A stretch of 42,020 bases of DNA from a virus. A model generated the notes under the pieces. The model was given only the letters and a program-made list of their open reading frames with translations, did no database searches and was not told the DNA's origin. Position numbers and translations under genes: made by a program. Numbering within the stretch: position 1 is the first letter of the stretch; each line of letters starts with the position of its first letter. The DNA is taken from IMG/VR virus record IMGVR_UViG_3300045988_133592, positions 1 to 42,020 of that record; one strand, 5' to 3'. Positions 1-8,886 of the stretch are shown piece by piece.

Positions 1-55
1 AACCCAACCGCCGGACAGGCGATTGAAAATATTGAGCGCGAAGAGCGCAGGAAAC
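1..55. repeat. Terminal redundancy identical to 41966-42020. This is an assembly overlap of a circular contig.
   Basis: Exact 55-nt identity between the two window ends seen directly. 55 is a typical maximum k-mer overlap. Confidence 0.85.
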
Positions 56-123
56 TAAAAGATAAAAAACCGCCGGAAAACCGGCAGAAGGGAAAAGACC
101 ATGACCATCAACTCAAGGAATAA
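1..123 (+). CDS. C-terminal part of a small wrap-around ORF. It starts at 41918 and continues across the circular junction. The full product is about 56 aa.
   Basis: Frame 1 is open from window start to the TAA at 121-123. It joins the ATG at 41917-41919 when the 55-bp terminal overlap is collapsed. AAAGGTGAAG RBS upstream of the start. Confidence 0.4.
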   Translation, partial: NPTAGQAIENIEREERRKLKDKKPPENRQKGKDHDHQLKE

Positions 124-430
124 GGGGAAGCGCGGCGAGCTGGAGTTTGCGAAGCTCTGCCAGAAGCAGGGCTACACAGACAGCCGGCGTGGGCAGCAGT
201 ACAGCGGCATCGAAGGCGAGGACATCGTGGGTCTTCCGGGGATTCATGTGGAAGTCAAGCGCGTGGAGTCCCTGAACATTGAAAAAGCCCTGCAGCAGGC
301 CATCCGGGATGCCGGCGACTTGATCCCCATTGTGGCCCACCGTAAAAACCGGGAGGACTGGAAGATCACCATGCCGGCATCCTTCTGGTTTGAGCTTTAC
401 AAAGCCTGGGAGGAGAAACAAAATGACTGA
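101..430 (+). CDS. Holliday junction resolvase, archaeal Hjc-type PD-(D/E)XK nuclease
   Basis: 109 aa. N-terminal NKGKRGELEFAK motif and a GEDIV...IHVEVKR (D...E-x-K) catalytic motif typical of phage Hjc-like resolvases. Confidence 0.65.
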   Translation: MTINSRNKGKRGELEFAKLCQKQGYTDSRRGQQYSGIEGEDIVGLPGIHVEVKRVESLNIEKALQQAIRDAGDLIPIVAHRKNREDWKITMPASFWFELYKAWEEKQND

Positions 431-668
431 AAACCAGCAAAAATTTGCGTTGTATATCGAAAGAGCCTTTGCTGACAAGATGGTAACGGTAATGGTCGCA
501 CCAAAACGGATGGCCATTGTGGAATCTTTGCAGATTGGAGTCCAGCCAAGGGGGAAACGCATTAAGCAGTTCGCAATGGCGGTTCCAAAGCGTGAAAAAG
601 ATTATCCAGAGGCAGTTAATAAACTGAGGAAGTGGATTAACAGTGAGTACAAAGCGGTGATCGCATGA
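423..668 (+). CDS. hypothetical small protein (81 aa)
   Basis: ATG at 423 overlaps the upstream stop (ATGA). The upstream part of the listed 330-668 ORF is out-of-frame overlap with the resolvase. Sequence is basic and helical. Confidence 0.45.
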   Translation: MTENQQKFALYIERAFADKMVTVMVAPKRMAIVESLQIGVQPRGKRIKQFAMAVPKREKDYPEAVNKLRKWINSEYKAVIA

Positions 669-901
669 TGAAGCCAAAACGCTGTGAAGGCTGCGGCGCC
701 CTCTTTGATCCCAAAGCCGGGAACCAGCGTTACTGTGGGCCCGCATGTTACCGGTTAGCCAGAGAGCGTCAAAAGCTGGAAGCAGCAAAACCAAGAGAAA
801 AGCGGATGGCCATACCGGAGATTGAGGCAGCGGCCAGAAAACACGGTTTAACTTACGGGCAATTTACTGCCAGAATGAGAATGGAGGACATGAGTGACTG
901 A
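665..901 (+). CDS. small zinc-ribbon protein
   Basis: CEGCG...CGPAC Cys4 motif. Start overlaps the previous stop (ATGATGA). Confidence 0.45.
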   Translation: MMKPKRCEGCGALFDPKAGNQRYCGPACYRLARERQKLEAAKPREKRMAIPEIEAAARKHGLTYGQFTARMRMEDMSD

Positions 902-1334
902 AAAAGAGCGAAAAACCATTGAATGGTTACAAGAGTATGCTGGTATTGATGAACGGATCGATCGGCTGGAAGATGAGGTTGAACGGCTGCGAACAAGACT
1001 TGAAGGTGTCAGCGCCCAGGTGATCGACGGGATGCCGAAAGCCCATGACCGGAAAAAAGGGCCGGAGAAGCTGATTCTTGAGCTTGAGAAGCTGGACACT
1101 GAACTGACAACCGAGATCCTCAACCTGAGAAAAAAGCGTCTGGATATTCTGGAAGCCGTGAACAGCATTCAGGAACCCAGGCTTCAGGTGTTGATCGAGT
1201 ACCGTTATATTGACTTTAAGCACTGGGAGGAAATCTGCCACGATTTACACTATTCCTGGGACACGGTACATCGCTGGCATCGTGAAGCTATCCGAAAAAT
1301 AAAAGTTCGTACACAATCGTACACAGATCTATGA
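894..1334 (+). CDS. late-gene transcriptional activator, sigma-70 region-4-like (ArpU/RinA/DUF1492-type)
   Basis: C-terminal EYRYI...W..I...L..S..TVHRWHREAIRKI HTH resembling sigma r4. Lies upstream of terS as in many Firmicute phages. Coiled-coil N-terminal half. Confidence 0.55.
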   Translation: MTEKERKTIEWLQEYAGIDERIDRLEDEVERLRTRLEGVSAQVIDGMPKAHDRKKGPEKLILELEKLDTELTTEILNLRKKRLDILEAVNSIQEPRLQVLIEYRYIDFKHWEEICHDLHYSWDTVHRWHREAIRKIKVRTQSYTDL

Positions 1335-1387
1335 TATTATGTTAGTATGAGAATTTAAAAAGAGGCTACGGTTATGCAACGGAGGAA

Positions 1388-1567
1388 ATGGAAAATATGA
1401 AAGAAAAAATAGTAGTTGAAATTGATTCTGCTATGAGTTTGTGTGGAAATTGCCAATACAAAAACGAAAATGGTGCTTTTTGTGAGCTTTTTAAATACAG
1501 AATAGAGAGGGAAAACAATGGATTTAAAAGATGTGCGCAATGCTTGTGTTCTCGATCTATGTTGTAG
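1388..1567 (+). CDS. Cys-rich zinc-ribbon-like small protein (59 aa) in an AT-rich accessory cassette
   Basis: Not in the ORF track (<60 aa). GGAGGAA RBS 5 nt upstream of the ATG at 1388. CGNC...C...CAQC motif. Low GC. Confidence 0.4.
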   Translation: MENMKEKIVVEIDSAMSLCGNCQYKNENGAFCELFKYRIERENNGFKRCAQCLCSRSML

Positions 1568-1569
1568 GA

Positions 1570-1598
1570 TTGTTTTTTTATTATATCCATAGTATAAT
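1570..1598 (+). promoter_or_regulatory. sigma-70-like promoter (TTGTTT-17-TATAAT)
   Basis: -35 at 1570-1575, 17-nt spacer, TATAAT at 1593-1598, then the 1614 ORF. Confidence 0.4.
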
Positions 1599-1613
1599 AG
1601 CCAGAAAAAGACT

Positions 1614-2513
1614 ATGGAGAAATGTATGGTAAGTAGTGATAAAAAACGTTGTTTTGTTATTATGCCAATCAGCGATCACAAAAATTATTCCGAAGGACAC
1701 TTTACAAGAATTTACGAAGATCTGTTTAAACCTGCAATTGAAGAAGCTGGTTATGATTCGTATCGTGTCGACGAAGATAAGATTTATGATTCAATAATTG
1801 CAAAAATTTTTGAAAACATTCAAGAATGCGATATGTGTCTATGTGATCTAAGCAGTAGGAATCCCAATGTACTGTATGAATTAGGATTAAGGCAAGCGTA
1901 CGATAAACCGGTTGTGCTTGTTCAAGATGATCGAACAGAGACTATCTTTGACGTTGGTGGAATTAATACAGTATTTTATAAAAGCGGCAGATTATATGAT
2001 GAAGTTATAAGTGATCGGTCAAAAATAGTTGATGCAATAAGAGCGATGGAAGACGCAAAGGGGTCCCCATCCTTAGTAAAAGTTGTAAATGCACAAAAAG
2101 CTGTGATTGATAATTCTAAAGTCAGCACAGGTGATCAGAGCGAAGTGATGCTTTCAATAATTTTAAGAGAATTGAACGAAATTAAAAACCGAGACGAAAC
2201 TGTTCGTACATATAAGAGAGATGACGATTTCTTTCTTGAAAACAACAAAAGCAGTCGTACAACACTTCTAAATGCAATGAATGAATTTGAAGAATGTCTT
2301 AATGATTTAATGTTTAGAATTACACATGCAAAAATCTTGTCATCGAGAGAATTTATGGCATTAAGACGTCGTTACAGAGCGTTAGCAGATGAATATGAAG
2401 CTGCTAATGCAAAGGGCCCCTCAAAAGAACTATTTGAAATTAAATTGCGTGATATAGAGAATGAGTTAATTAAAGTAAAATCTTTGATGAAGGATAACTC
2501 TACTAAATATTAG
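1614..2513 (+). CDS. accessory-cassette protein with an N-terminal NDT/TIR/SLOG-clan Rossmannoid domain (nucleoside 2-deoxyribosyltransferase/DNPH1-like signature) and a C-terminal helical domain
   Basis: FVIMPIS beta-1 motif. CDLSSRNPNVLYELGLRQAYDKPVVLV motif: conserved Glu after beta-4, then KPVVL strand. C-terminal ~150 aa helical or coiled. Strongly AT-rich relative to flanks. Weak SD. Confidence 0.45.
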   Translation: MEKCMVSSDKKRCFVIMPISDHKNYSEGHFTRIYEDLFKPAIEEAGYDSYRVDEDKIYDSIIAKIFENIQECDMCLCDLSSRNPNVLYELGLRQAYDKPVVLVQDDRTETIFDVGGINTVFYKSGRLYDEVISDRSKIVDAIRAMEDAKGSPSLVKVVNAQKAVIDNSKVSTGDQSEVMLSIILRELNEIKNRDETVRTYKRDDDFFLENNKSSRTTLLNAMNEFEECLNDLMFRITHAKILSSREFMALRRRYRALADEYEAANAKGPSKELFEIKLRDIENELIKVKSLMKDNSTKY

Positions 2514-2562
2514 CTATACACTAACTATTATGTATGATTATGACTTAAATATTATTAAAGAA

Positions 2563-2590
2563 GGCGTCGGGAAACCGGTGTCTTTTTTCG
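2563..2590 (+). terminator. weak rho-independent terminator
   Basis: TCGGgaaaCCGG short stem followed by TGTCTTTTTTC. Confidence 0.3.
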
Positions 2591-2612
2591 TGCCAGAAAG
2601 TGAGGTGATCTT

Positions 2613-3071
2613 ATGGGCATGACCGAAAAACAAAAGCGATTCGCGGATGAATACTTAATCGACCTGAACGGAACAAGGGCCTATAAGGTCGCTTATCCGC
2701 GGGTGAAAAGCGATGCAACAGCAAAAGCAGCAGCGAGCAGATTGTTAACAAATGTTAACGTCAAAACATACATCGACGAACAGCTTGAGAAAATACACAA
2801 CGAAAAAACCGCCGACGCGCAGGAGGTGCTGGAATACCTGACCGCTGTCATGCGCAACGAACAGACCGAGGAGGTCGTGGTGGTTGAAGGAACCGGTGAC
2901 GGCTGCTCTGAAGCGCGCACAGTGGAGAAAGACACCAGCATTAAGGATCGGGTCAAGGCCGCAGAGCTGATCGGCAAGCGTTATAGCCTCTTTACCGACA
3001 AGGTCGAGCACGGCGGCGACATTGGGGGTGTGGTGATTGTCAATGACATCCCAAAACCAGACACCGGTTAA
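2613..3071 (+). CDS. terS: terminase small subunit (Terminase_2 family)
   Basis: KQKRFADEYL...NGTRAYKVAYP N-terminal signature. GAGGTGA RBS. Immediately upstream of terL. Confidence 0.85.
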   Translation: MGMTEKQKRFADEYLIDLNGTRAYKVAYPRVKSDATAKAAASRLLTNVNVKTYIDEQLEKIHNEKTADAQEVLEYLTAVMRNEQTEEVVVVEGTGDGCSEARTVEKDTSIKDRVKAAELIGKRYSLFTDKVEHGGDIGGVVIVNDIPKPDTG

Positions 3072-4329
3072 ACTGACATCCCTGGTCGCGCCCTCTTTTC
3101 ACGAGCTGCACTGGGATATTTTAGAGCACAAGCACACGCATTACAAACTGGCCGGGGGCCGCGGATCGACAAAGTCCTCGTTTATCAGCCTGGAAATCAT
3201 TCTGGGAATGATGCAGGACCCGGAGGCGAACGCCATTGCGATGCGGAAAGTTGGTCGTTTTCTGGAAGAATCGGTTTTCGAGCAGCTGCGGTGGGCCATT
3301 GAGGTATTGGGCGTTTCCGACAAATGGAAAGTCCGGTTCTCGCCGCTGGGGCTATCCTACATCCCGTTTGGGAATAAGATCATTTTTCGTGGCGCCGATG
3401 ATCCTCAAAAGATTAAATCCGTAAAGATCAAAAACGGCTATTTTAAATACATTTGGTTTGAAGAACGCTCCGAGTTTGACGGACCAGAGGAAGAAAGAAC
3501 CATCCTGCAGTCCCTGATGCGCGGCGGTACCGACTATTATGTCTTTTATTCCTGGAACCCGCCCAAAAGCATCAATAGCTGGGTGAATCAGGACGTCCTT
3601 CTGGAGCGGCCCGACACCATTGTGAGCCATACAGATTACCGGACCGTCCCGAGGGATTGGCTTGGTGAACAATTTTTCATCGAGGCCGAGCATCTGCGGG
3701 ACACAAAGCCAAAAGCCTACGAACACGAATATTTAGGCGTAGCCACCGGCACCGGCGGAGCCGTCTTTGAGAATGTCACCGTTCGAGCCATTACCGATGA
3801 AGAGCTGTCACGCTTTGACCGGATTAAAAACGGTCTGGACTTTGGCTATGGCGCAGACCCACTCGCCTATATCAAAATGCACTACAACAAGACGCGAAAA
3901 CGTCTTTTTTTATTTGGTGAAATCTACGCCATAAAACTGGGGAATACCAAAGCTGCCCGGGAGATCCGCAAGCTAAACCCACTCAATCATTACATAACAG
4001 CCGATTCAGAAGAGCCACGCGCCATTGCAGCACTCAATGAACTGGGGCTCCGTGTCATTGGCGCGAAGAAAGGCCCGGGGTCTGTAGATTATGGGATGGA
4101 GTTCCTGTCCGATGAGCTGGAGGAGATTGTCATTGACCCGAAGCGCTGCCCCAATGCCGCCCGAGAGTTTACCAGCTATGAGCTGGAGCAGGATAAAGAC
4201 GGAAATTTCAAGGGCAGCTACCCAGACAAGAACAACCATACCATTGACGCTGTGCGGTACGGGCTGGAGGACGCCATGACCAGAAGAAAAGCGAAGATTA
4301 AAAATAAAGCCCGCGCCGGGCTGCGTTAA
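3037..4329 (+). CDS. terL: terminase large subunit, PBSX/Terminase_3 family
   Basis: YKLAGGRGSTKS Walker A variant typical of PBSX-type TerL. C-terminal nuclease-domain acidic residues. 430 aa. Confidence 0.9.
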   Translation: MSMTSQNQTPVKLTSLVAPSFHELHWDILEHKHTHYKLAGGRGSTKSSFISLEIILGMMQDPEANAIAMRKVGRFLEESVFEQLRWAIEVLGVSDKWKVRFSPLGLSYIPFGNKIIFRGADDPQKIKSVKIKNGYFKYIWFEERSEFDGPEEERTILQSLMRGGTDYYVFYSWNPPKSINSWVNQDVLLERPDTIVSHTDYRTVPRDWLGEQFFIEAEHLRDTKPKAYEHEYLGVATGTGGAVFENVTVRAITDEELSRFDRIKNGLDFGYGADPLAYIKMHYNKTRKRLFLFGEIYAIKLGNTKAAREIRKLNPLNHYITADSEEPRAIAALNELGLRVIGAKKGPGSVDYGMEFLSDELEEIVIDPKRCPNAAREFTSYELEQDKDGNFKGSYPDKNNHTIDAVRYGLEDAMTRRKAKIKNKARAGLR

Positions 4330-4341
4330 GGAAGTGATATT

Positions 4342-5745
4342 ATGCAGATATTTACCATGCCCGCAGAAAAATTTGACGAACAAAACATTGATAAGCAGGC
4401 CATCCGGCATCTGATCCTCAAGCACCGATCCGGCATTGAGCGCCTGCAGAAGCTGGAGAACTACTATGAGGGCAGGCATCAGATACTGAGCGATATTGAC
4501 CGCGAGAATAAACTGGTCTGCAATCATGCCAAAGATATTGCAGACACGGCCAGCGCCTACTTTATTGGCAATCCAGTATCCTACAAAGCCGAGGCGGACG
4601 TCACGAAGCTGACAGAAGCACTGGAAAGCGCAGGATCGGATGAAGCCGACGGGGACAATGGCCTGGACCTGTCCATCTATGGCCGGGCCTATGAATACAT
4701 CTATGCCAAAGAAGGCGAGACAGCGCTTCAGATCAAAAACCTCAGCCCTAAAAATACTTTCATGGTTTACGATGACAGCATTGAGCAGAGTGAGCTCTTT
4801 GCTGTTTATTATTATGCAAAAGTCGATTCTACCGACAAAACCAACACCGTATACGTGGCGACTGTTGTGACCCGAAATTTTAAATACATCATGGATATTC
4901 AGGACATTGAGGGCCCACAGGCGTTGACAGAAGACGCAAAGCCCCATTTTATGGACGCAGTCCCCATCATCGAATACCGCAATAATAAGCTGGGCATTGG
5001 AGACTATGAGCTGCAAATCCCCTTGATTGATGCCTACAACGCGCTCATGAGCGATCGTATCACCGACAAGGAACAGTTTATTGACGCGATCCTTGCCTTG
5101 TACGGCGCCCTGCTTTCAGATGAGGATGACGAAAAAGAGGGCGATGGAAAGGGAACCGAGGCAGCCAGAAAGCGGCTGAATCAGGAAAAGCTGCTTGAAT
5201 TGCCCGCTGATGCAAAAGCGGAATATCTCACCCGCACCTTTGACGAGGCCGGCGTTGAAATCCTGAAGAAAGCCATTGAGCAGGATATCCACAAATTCAG
5301 CCATATTCCATGCATGACAGACGAGAATTTCGGCGGGAACGTCTCCGGGGTGGCCATGGAGTTTAAGCTGCTGGGCATGGAGAACATTACAAAGATCAAG
5401 ACCCGGTACTACAAAAAAGGCCTCCGGAAGCGGCTTCGTATTTTTGCGAACTTCCTCGGTAAAAAGGCCGTTTCAATTGATGTTTCAGGTGTTTCGCCGG
5501 TTTTTACACGGGCGATGCCTAAAAACTTACTGGAGATCAGCCAATACGTGGCGAACCTCTGGGGTAAGGTCAGTAAAAAGACGCTGCTGTCCCAGGTACC
5601 CTTTGTCGATGATCCCGATGAAGAGCTTAAAGCTGTGCAGCAGGAAGAAAAAGAGAACCTACAAAAGCAAAAAGAAATCTTCGGCAATGCGCCAAACACC
5701 CCACCAGACATAGAGGATAAGGACGAGGAAGATGGCGAAGCATAG
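4342..5745 (+). CDS. portal protein, SPP1 gp6-like
   Basis: 467 aa. Order after terL. SPP1-type portal-like N-terminal region. Acidic C-terminus (DIEDKDEEDGEA). Confidence 0.8.
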   Translation: MQIFTMPAEKFDEQNIDKQAIRHLILKHRSGIERLQKLENYYEGRHQILSDIDRENKLVCNHAKDIADTASAYFIGNPVSYKAEADVTKLTEALESAGSDEADGDNGLDLSIYGRAYEYIYAKEGETALQIKNLSPKNTFMVYDDSIEQSELFAVYYYAKVDSTDKTNTVYVATVVTRNFKYIMDIQDIEGPQALTEDAKPHFMDAVPIIEYRNNKLGIGDYELQIPLIDAYNALMSDRITDKEQFIDAILALYGALLSDEDDEKEGDGKGTEAARKRLNQEKLLELPADAKAEYLTRTFDEAGVEILKKAIEQDIHKFSHIPCMTDENFGGNVSGVAMEFKLLGMENITKIKTRYYKKGLRKRLRIFANFLGKKAVSIDVSGVSPVFTRAMPKNLLEISQYVANLWGKVSKKTLLSQVPFVDDPDEELKAVQQEEKENLQKQKEIFGNAPNTPPDIEDKDEEDGEA

Positions 5746-7273
5746 GCTTTCCTACTGGGAGCGGCGGCAAGTTCAGAACATGTACTATTACATGGAAAAG
5801 GCTGAGGCCGCCGCCGATCAGATCGCGAAGCTGTACCAAAAGGCTTCCGGATACATCAGCCATCAGGCAGACGCAATTTTCGATAAATATCAGACAAAGC
5901 ACCGTCTGACTGAAGCAGAAGCTTATCAGCTGATCAATCAACTTCAAGATAGAACTTCCCTGGATGAATTGCTTCAAAAGCTCCGAAATGGCGAGGATCA
6001 TCAGAAAGAATTACTTGCAAAGCTGGAAGCGCCAGCCTATCAGGCCCGCCTTGAACGCCTGAAGCAGCTGCAAAACCAGATTGACCAGATCATGACCGAG
6101 GTATATGATCAGGAAAAACAGAAAAACCGCAGCCAATATGTAGACCTTGGCAATGAAGCCTACTACCGGGGCATCTTTGATCTACAGCAGCAGGCAGAGG
6201 CAGCCTTTGAGTTTTCCTACATTTCCGCCAAGCAGATCGAGGCAGCTATTAACCGAAAATGGTCTGGAAAAAACTATTCCGAACGCATCTGGAAAAATAC
6301 CCGGCTGTTAGCGCAGGAACTGAAGCAGGAGCTGCTCATCAACTTGGTCACTGGCCGCACAAACCGGGAAGTGGCCGAGATCATACAAAATAAGTTCGGT
6401 AAAGGAGCCAGCAAAGCAAGGCGCCTCGTCCGAACCGAGAGCAACTATCTGGCCACCGAGCTTAATTTTAAAGCCTACGAGGAATGCGGCGTCGAGAAAT
6501 ACCAGTACCTGGCAACTCTCGACTTGCGCACCTCTGAAATATGCCGGGGCCTGGACGGTAAACTGTTTCTGGTAAAGGACCGTAAGGCTGGCGTGAACTG
6601 CCCGCCAATGCACCCCTGGTGCCGGTCAACAACCATTTCAGTGGTGGATGAAGACCTGATTTCAAAAATGCAGCGCTCCGCCATCGACCCCGCCACGGGC
6701 AAACGCATCAAGGTGACACGCTCCATGACCTATGAACAATGGTACGACAAATACGTGAGGGGTAAGCCGGCAGTTGAACGGGAAGAAAAGAAATTGAAAA
6801 ATCGTTCAGCTGACCGTTCACAGCACCAAAAATACCGAAAGGTTCTTGCAGACGAAGTGCCTGAAAACCTGGATAAATTCCAGGAAATGAAGTATAATAA
6901 TAGTGAGCGCTGGACAGAACTTAAAGAGGCCTACCGAGATGTTAATTGGCAGCGTAAAGCGCTGAAAAATTATGCTTCTGGTTCTGAAAGGGCAGCGCCT
7001 TTCAATGGGCCGCCGAACAGCGTTTATGATAAATATAAAGACGGCCAGCTTGTACAGAGACGGTATTATGGCCGGACTGGAAAGCCAAGGCTTGATATTG
7101 ACGTATCGGATCATGGAAATGCTAAACGGCATCCCGTTGTGCCCCACAAACACGGGTGGCAGGAATTTGAGGATGGAAGTATCAAACGAAGCGATGCGCA
7201 TGACGTTTCCTTAAAGCTTGGTGACAGAATTGCCAATAAGGATATTTTGAGAGGAGGGAATAACAATGATTGA
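5732..7273 (+). CDS. minor head protein, Phage_Mu_F / SPP1 gp7 family, with a ~190-aa C-terminal extension
   Basis: MuF core with CPPMHPWCRST motif at about residues 190-320. Extension ends in YYGRTGKPRLDIDVSDHGNAKRHPVVPHKHGW. Confidence 0.8.
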   Translation: MAKHRLSYWERRQVQNMYYYMEKAEAAADQIAKLYQKASGYISHQADAIFDKYQTKHRLTEAEAYQLINQLQDRTSLDELLQKLRNGEDHQKELLAKLEAPAYQARLERLKQLQNQIDQIMTEVYDQEKQKNRSQYVDLGNEAYYRGIFDLQQQAEAAFEFSYISAKQIEAAINRKWSGKNYSERIWKNTRLLAQELKQELLINLVTGRTNREVAEIIQNKFGKGASKARRLVRTESNYLATELNFKAYEECGVEKYQYLATLDLRTSEICRGLDGKLFLVKDRKAGVNCPPMHPWCRSTTISVVDEDLISKMQRSAIDPATGKRIKVTRSMTYEQWYDKYVRGKPAVEREEKKLKNRSADRSQHQKYRKVLADEVPENLDKFQEMKYNNSERWTELKEAYRDVNWQRKALKNYASGSERAAPFNGPPNSVYDKYKDGQLVQRRYYGRTGKPRLDIDVSDHGNAKRHPVVPHKHGWQEFEDGSIKRSDAHDVSLKLGDRIANKDILRGGNNND

Positions 7274-7523
7274 TGGAAAAGATTTTGCAAGGCTTGAAAG
7301 TCTTCAGGAATTAATCTGGGCAATTGACATCGGCCTTGATATTGAGTTTTATCTTTATGGCACCCGATACAATATTTCCACCAATGGAACCCCTTTCATC
7401 GCGATCTGTCCGGATGGCGATGGTATTTACTATCAGAATGCGCAAGATATGATCGAACATCATGCCGTCAATGGGAAATCCCTGAAAGATGTCTGGCAGG
7501 ATTTTGAAGTAATAGGAATGTAA
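7266..7523 (+). CDS. hypothetical small protein (85 aa). Possible immunity-like partner of the MuF extension.
   Basis: ATGATTGA overlap with the MuF stop. Small acidic protein. Confidence 0.4.
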   Translation: MIDGKDFARLESLQELIWAIDIGLDIEFYLYGTRYNISTNGTPFIAICPDGDGIYYQNAQDMIEHHAVNGKSLKDVWQDFEVIGM

Positions 7524-7533
7524 GGTAAAGTAA

Positions 7534-7707
7534 ATGGAAATGAAAGAATTCGATACGGTAATTCTGAAGGACGGACGCACAGCGAGTGTTATGGAAGTTT
7601 TTCCTGATGGTTCGCTGATCGTAGATGTAGGAAGTTCGCCGGCAGACTGGGAGACTTTGTATGATAAGACCATCCAGGATATCAAAGAGGTGGTTGAGAA
7701 TGGATAA
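7534..7707 (+). CDS. small beta-rich protein (57 aa), DUF4926-like
   Basis: Not in the ORF track. MEMKEFDTVILKDGRTASVMEVFPDGSLIVDV pattern resembles the DUF4926 KOW/SH3-like fold. Confidence 0.3.
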   Translation: MEMKEFDTVILKDGRTASVMEVFPDGSLIVDVGSSPADWETLYDKTIQDIKEVVENG

Positions 7708-7999
7708 CTTTCCCATCATCTACAAAATCCTAAAGGCTTTAGAAGCAGCCATGGACTTTGAGGCTTTCGATGTTTCTAAGATATCCCATGAGCGCCTTGG
7801 CATTTCCTATGAGCGCTGGGAAAAGATGCTTATTTCCCTTGATAAGCACGGCTACATTGATGGTGTTGCTTATGGCCAATGCTTTCCAGGACGAAACCTG
7901 ATGCTCGCACCGCCGATTCAGCCAATCATTACACTAAGAGGCCTGGAATATTTGGCAGAAATAGAATCAGGCATTAAGGAAACCATACCGGAATTATAA
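7700..7999 (+). CDS. YjcQ-family protein
   Basis: Internal ATG at 7700. MDNFPIIYKILKALE...YERWEKML..L..HGYIDGV matches the YjcQ pattern. Confidence 0.45.
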   Translation: MDNFPIIYKILKALEAAMDFEAFDVSKISHERLGISYERWEKMLISLDKHGYIDGVAYGQCFPGRNLMLAPPIQPIITLRGLEYLAEIESGIKETIPEL

Positions 8000-8002
8000 T
8001 CG

Positions 8003-8027
8003 CTGAATAAACTTCAGTGGTTTTTTT
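8003..8027 (+). terminator. rho-independent terminator
   Basis: CTGAAtaaacTTCAG stem followed by a T7 run. Confidence 0.45.
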
Positions 8028-8130
8028 ATACCCAAAATCAGGAAAGGTAGGTGAGAGACATGCTGTTAAAATGCGGTAAAGGCGGCAAAAAAGGCAGAGG
8101 GAAGTAGGGGGTGATCCGATATCTCCCGTA

Positions 8131-8156
8131 AGGCGCAGGGTAATGCGCCTTTTTTC
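8131..8156 (+). terminator. rho-independent terminator
   Basis: AGGCGCAgggtaaTGCGCCT followed by TTTTTTC. Confidence 0.6.
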
Positions 8157-8239
8157 ATGCTCCGAAACGAGGGTAAACTATGAATTTTGAGTGCAACGGT
8201 TTGGGCAGTGAATGAACCGGGGCAGAAAGAGGAACAACC

Positions 8240-8860
8240 ATGAAGTTAAATGAAAACACAATGATCCCTATGGAATTACAGCTTTTTGCGGAGGACGCCA
8301 CCGGCAATGAAGATGGCGGAGCAGCAGAAACAGCCGAAGACACCAACACCGATAACACCGAGGGACAACAACAAGAGGACCCTAAAACCTTTGATGATCT
8401 TTTAGGCAATAAAGAATATCAAGCTGAGTTTGACCGCCGTGTACAGAAAGCCCTGGAGACGCAGCGCTCTAAGTTAGAGGTGCTCTTTGATGAGAAGGCT
8501 ACCGAGGCAGAGAAGCTGGCTAAGATGTCCGAAAAGGAAAAGGCACAGTATCAACAGCAAAAGCAGGAAAAAGCCCTTGCAGAGCGTGAGAACGCCATTA
8601 CCCGCCGTGAGCTGGCAGCAGAGGCAAAGAACACCCTAGCTGAGAAAAAGCTGCCGGTCAGTCTGGCAGAGGTGCTTAACTATTCAAACGCCGATGCCTG
8701 CAAACAGTCCATTGAAGCCGTTGAAAAAGCTTTTAAGGAAGCCGTTGAGGCTTCTGTGGAAGAACGGCTTAAGGGCGACAAACCACCAAAGAAAGCCCCG
8801 TCACAGGACGATACAGACCTGGCGAAACAGGTTGAAAGCCTGATGATGGGAAAAGTATAA
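8240..8860 (+). CDS. capsid scaffolding protein
   Basis: ELQLFA N-terminal motif. Acidic, coiled-coil-rich, 206 aa. Immediately upstream of the major capsid gene. Confidence 0.7.
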   Translation: MKLNENTMIPMELQLFAEDATGNEDGGAAETAEDTNTDNTEGQQQEDPKTFDDLLGNKEYQAEFDRRVQKALETQRSKLEVLFDEKATEAEKLAKMSEKEKAQYQQQKQEKALAERENAITRRELAAEAKNTLAEKKLPVSLAEVLNYSNADACKQSIEAVEKAFKEAVEASVEERLKGDKPPKKAPSQDDTDLAKQVESLMMGKV

Positions 8861-8886
8861 ATATAAATTGAAAGGAAGCATAAATT

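Noticed and set aside
1355-1590. Minus-strand ORFs (61 aa and 72 aa) in the AT-rich island
   Set aside because: They are antisense to the better-supported plus-strand Zn-ribbon ORF, which has a strong RBS. Low-complexity composition.
4006-5016. 336-aa minus-strand ORF inside the terL and portal genes. Similar long antisense ORFs at 8917-9756, 14400-14930 and 15865-16668.
   Set aside because: They lie entirely antisense to well-supported structural genes. They have no RBS and biased or odd composition (Cys/Arg/His-rich), as expected for shadow ORFs in GC-moderate coding DNA.
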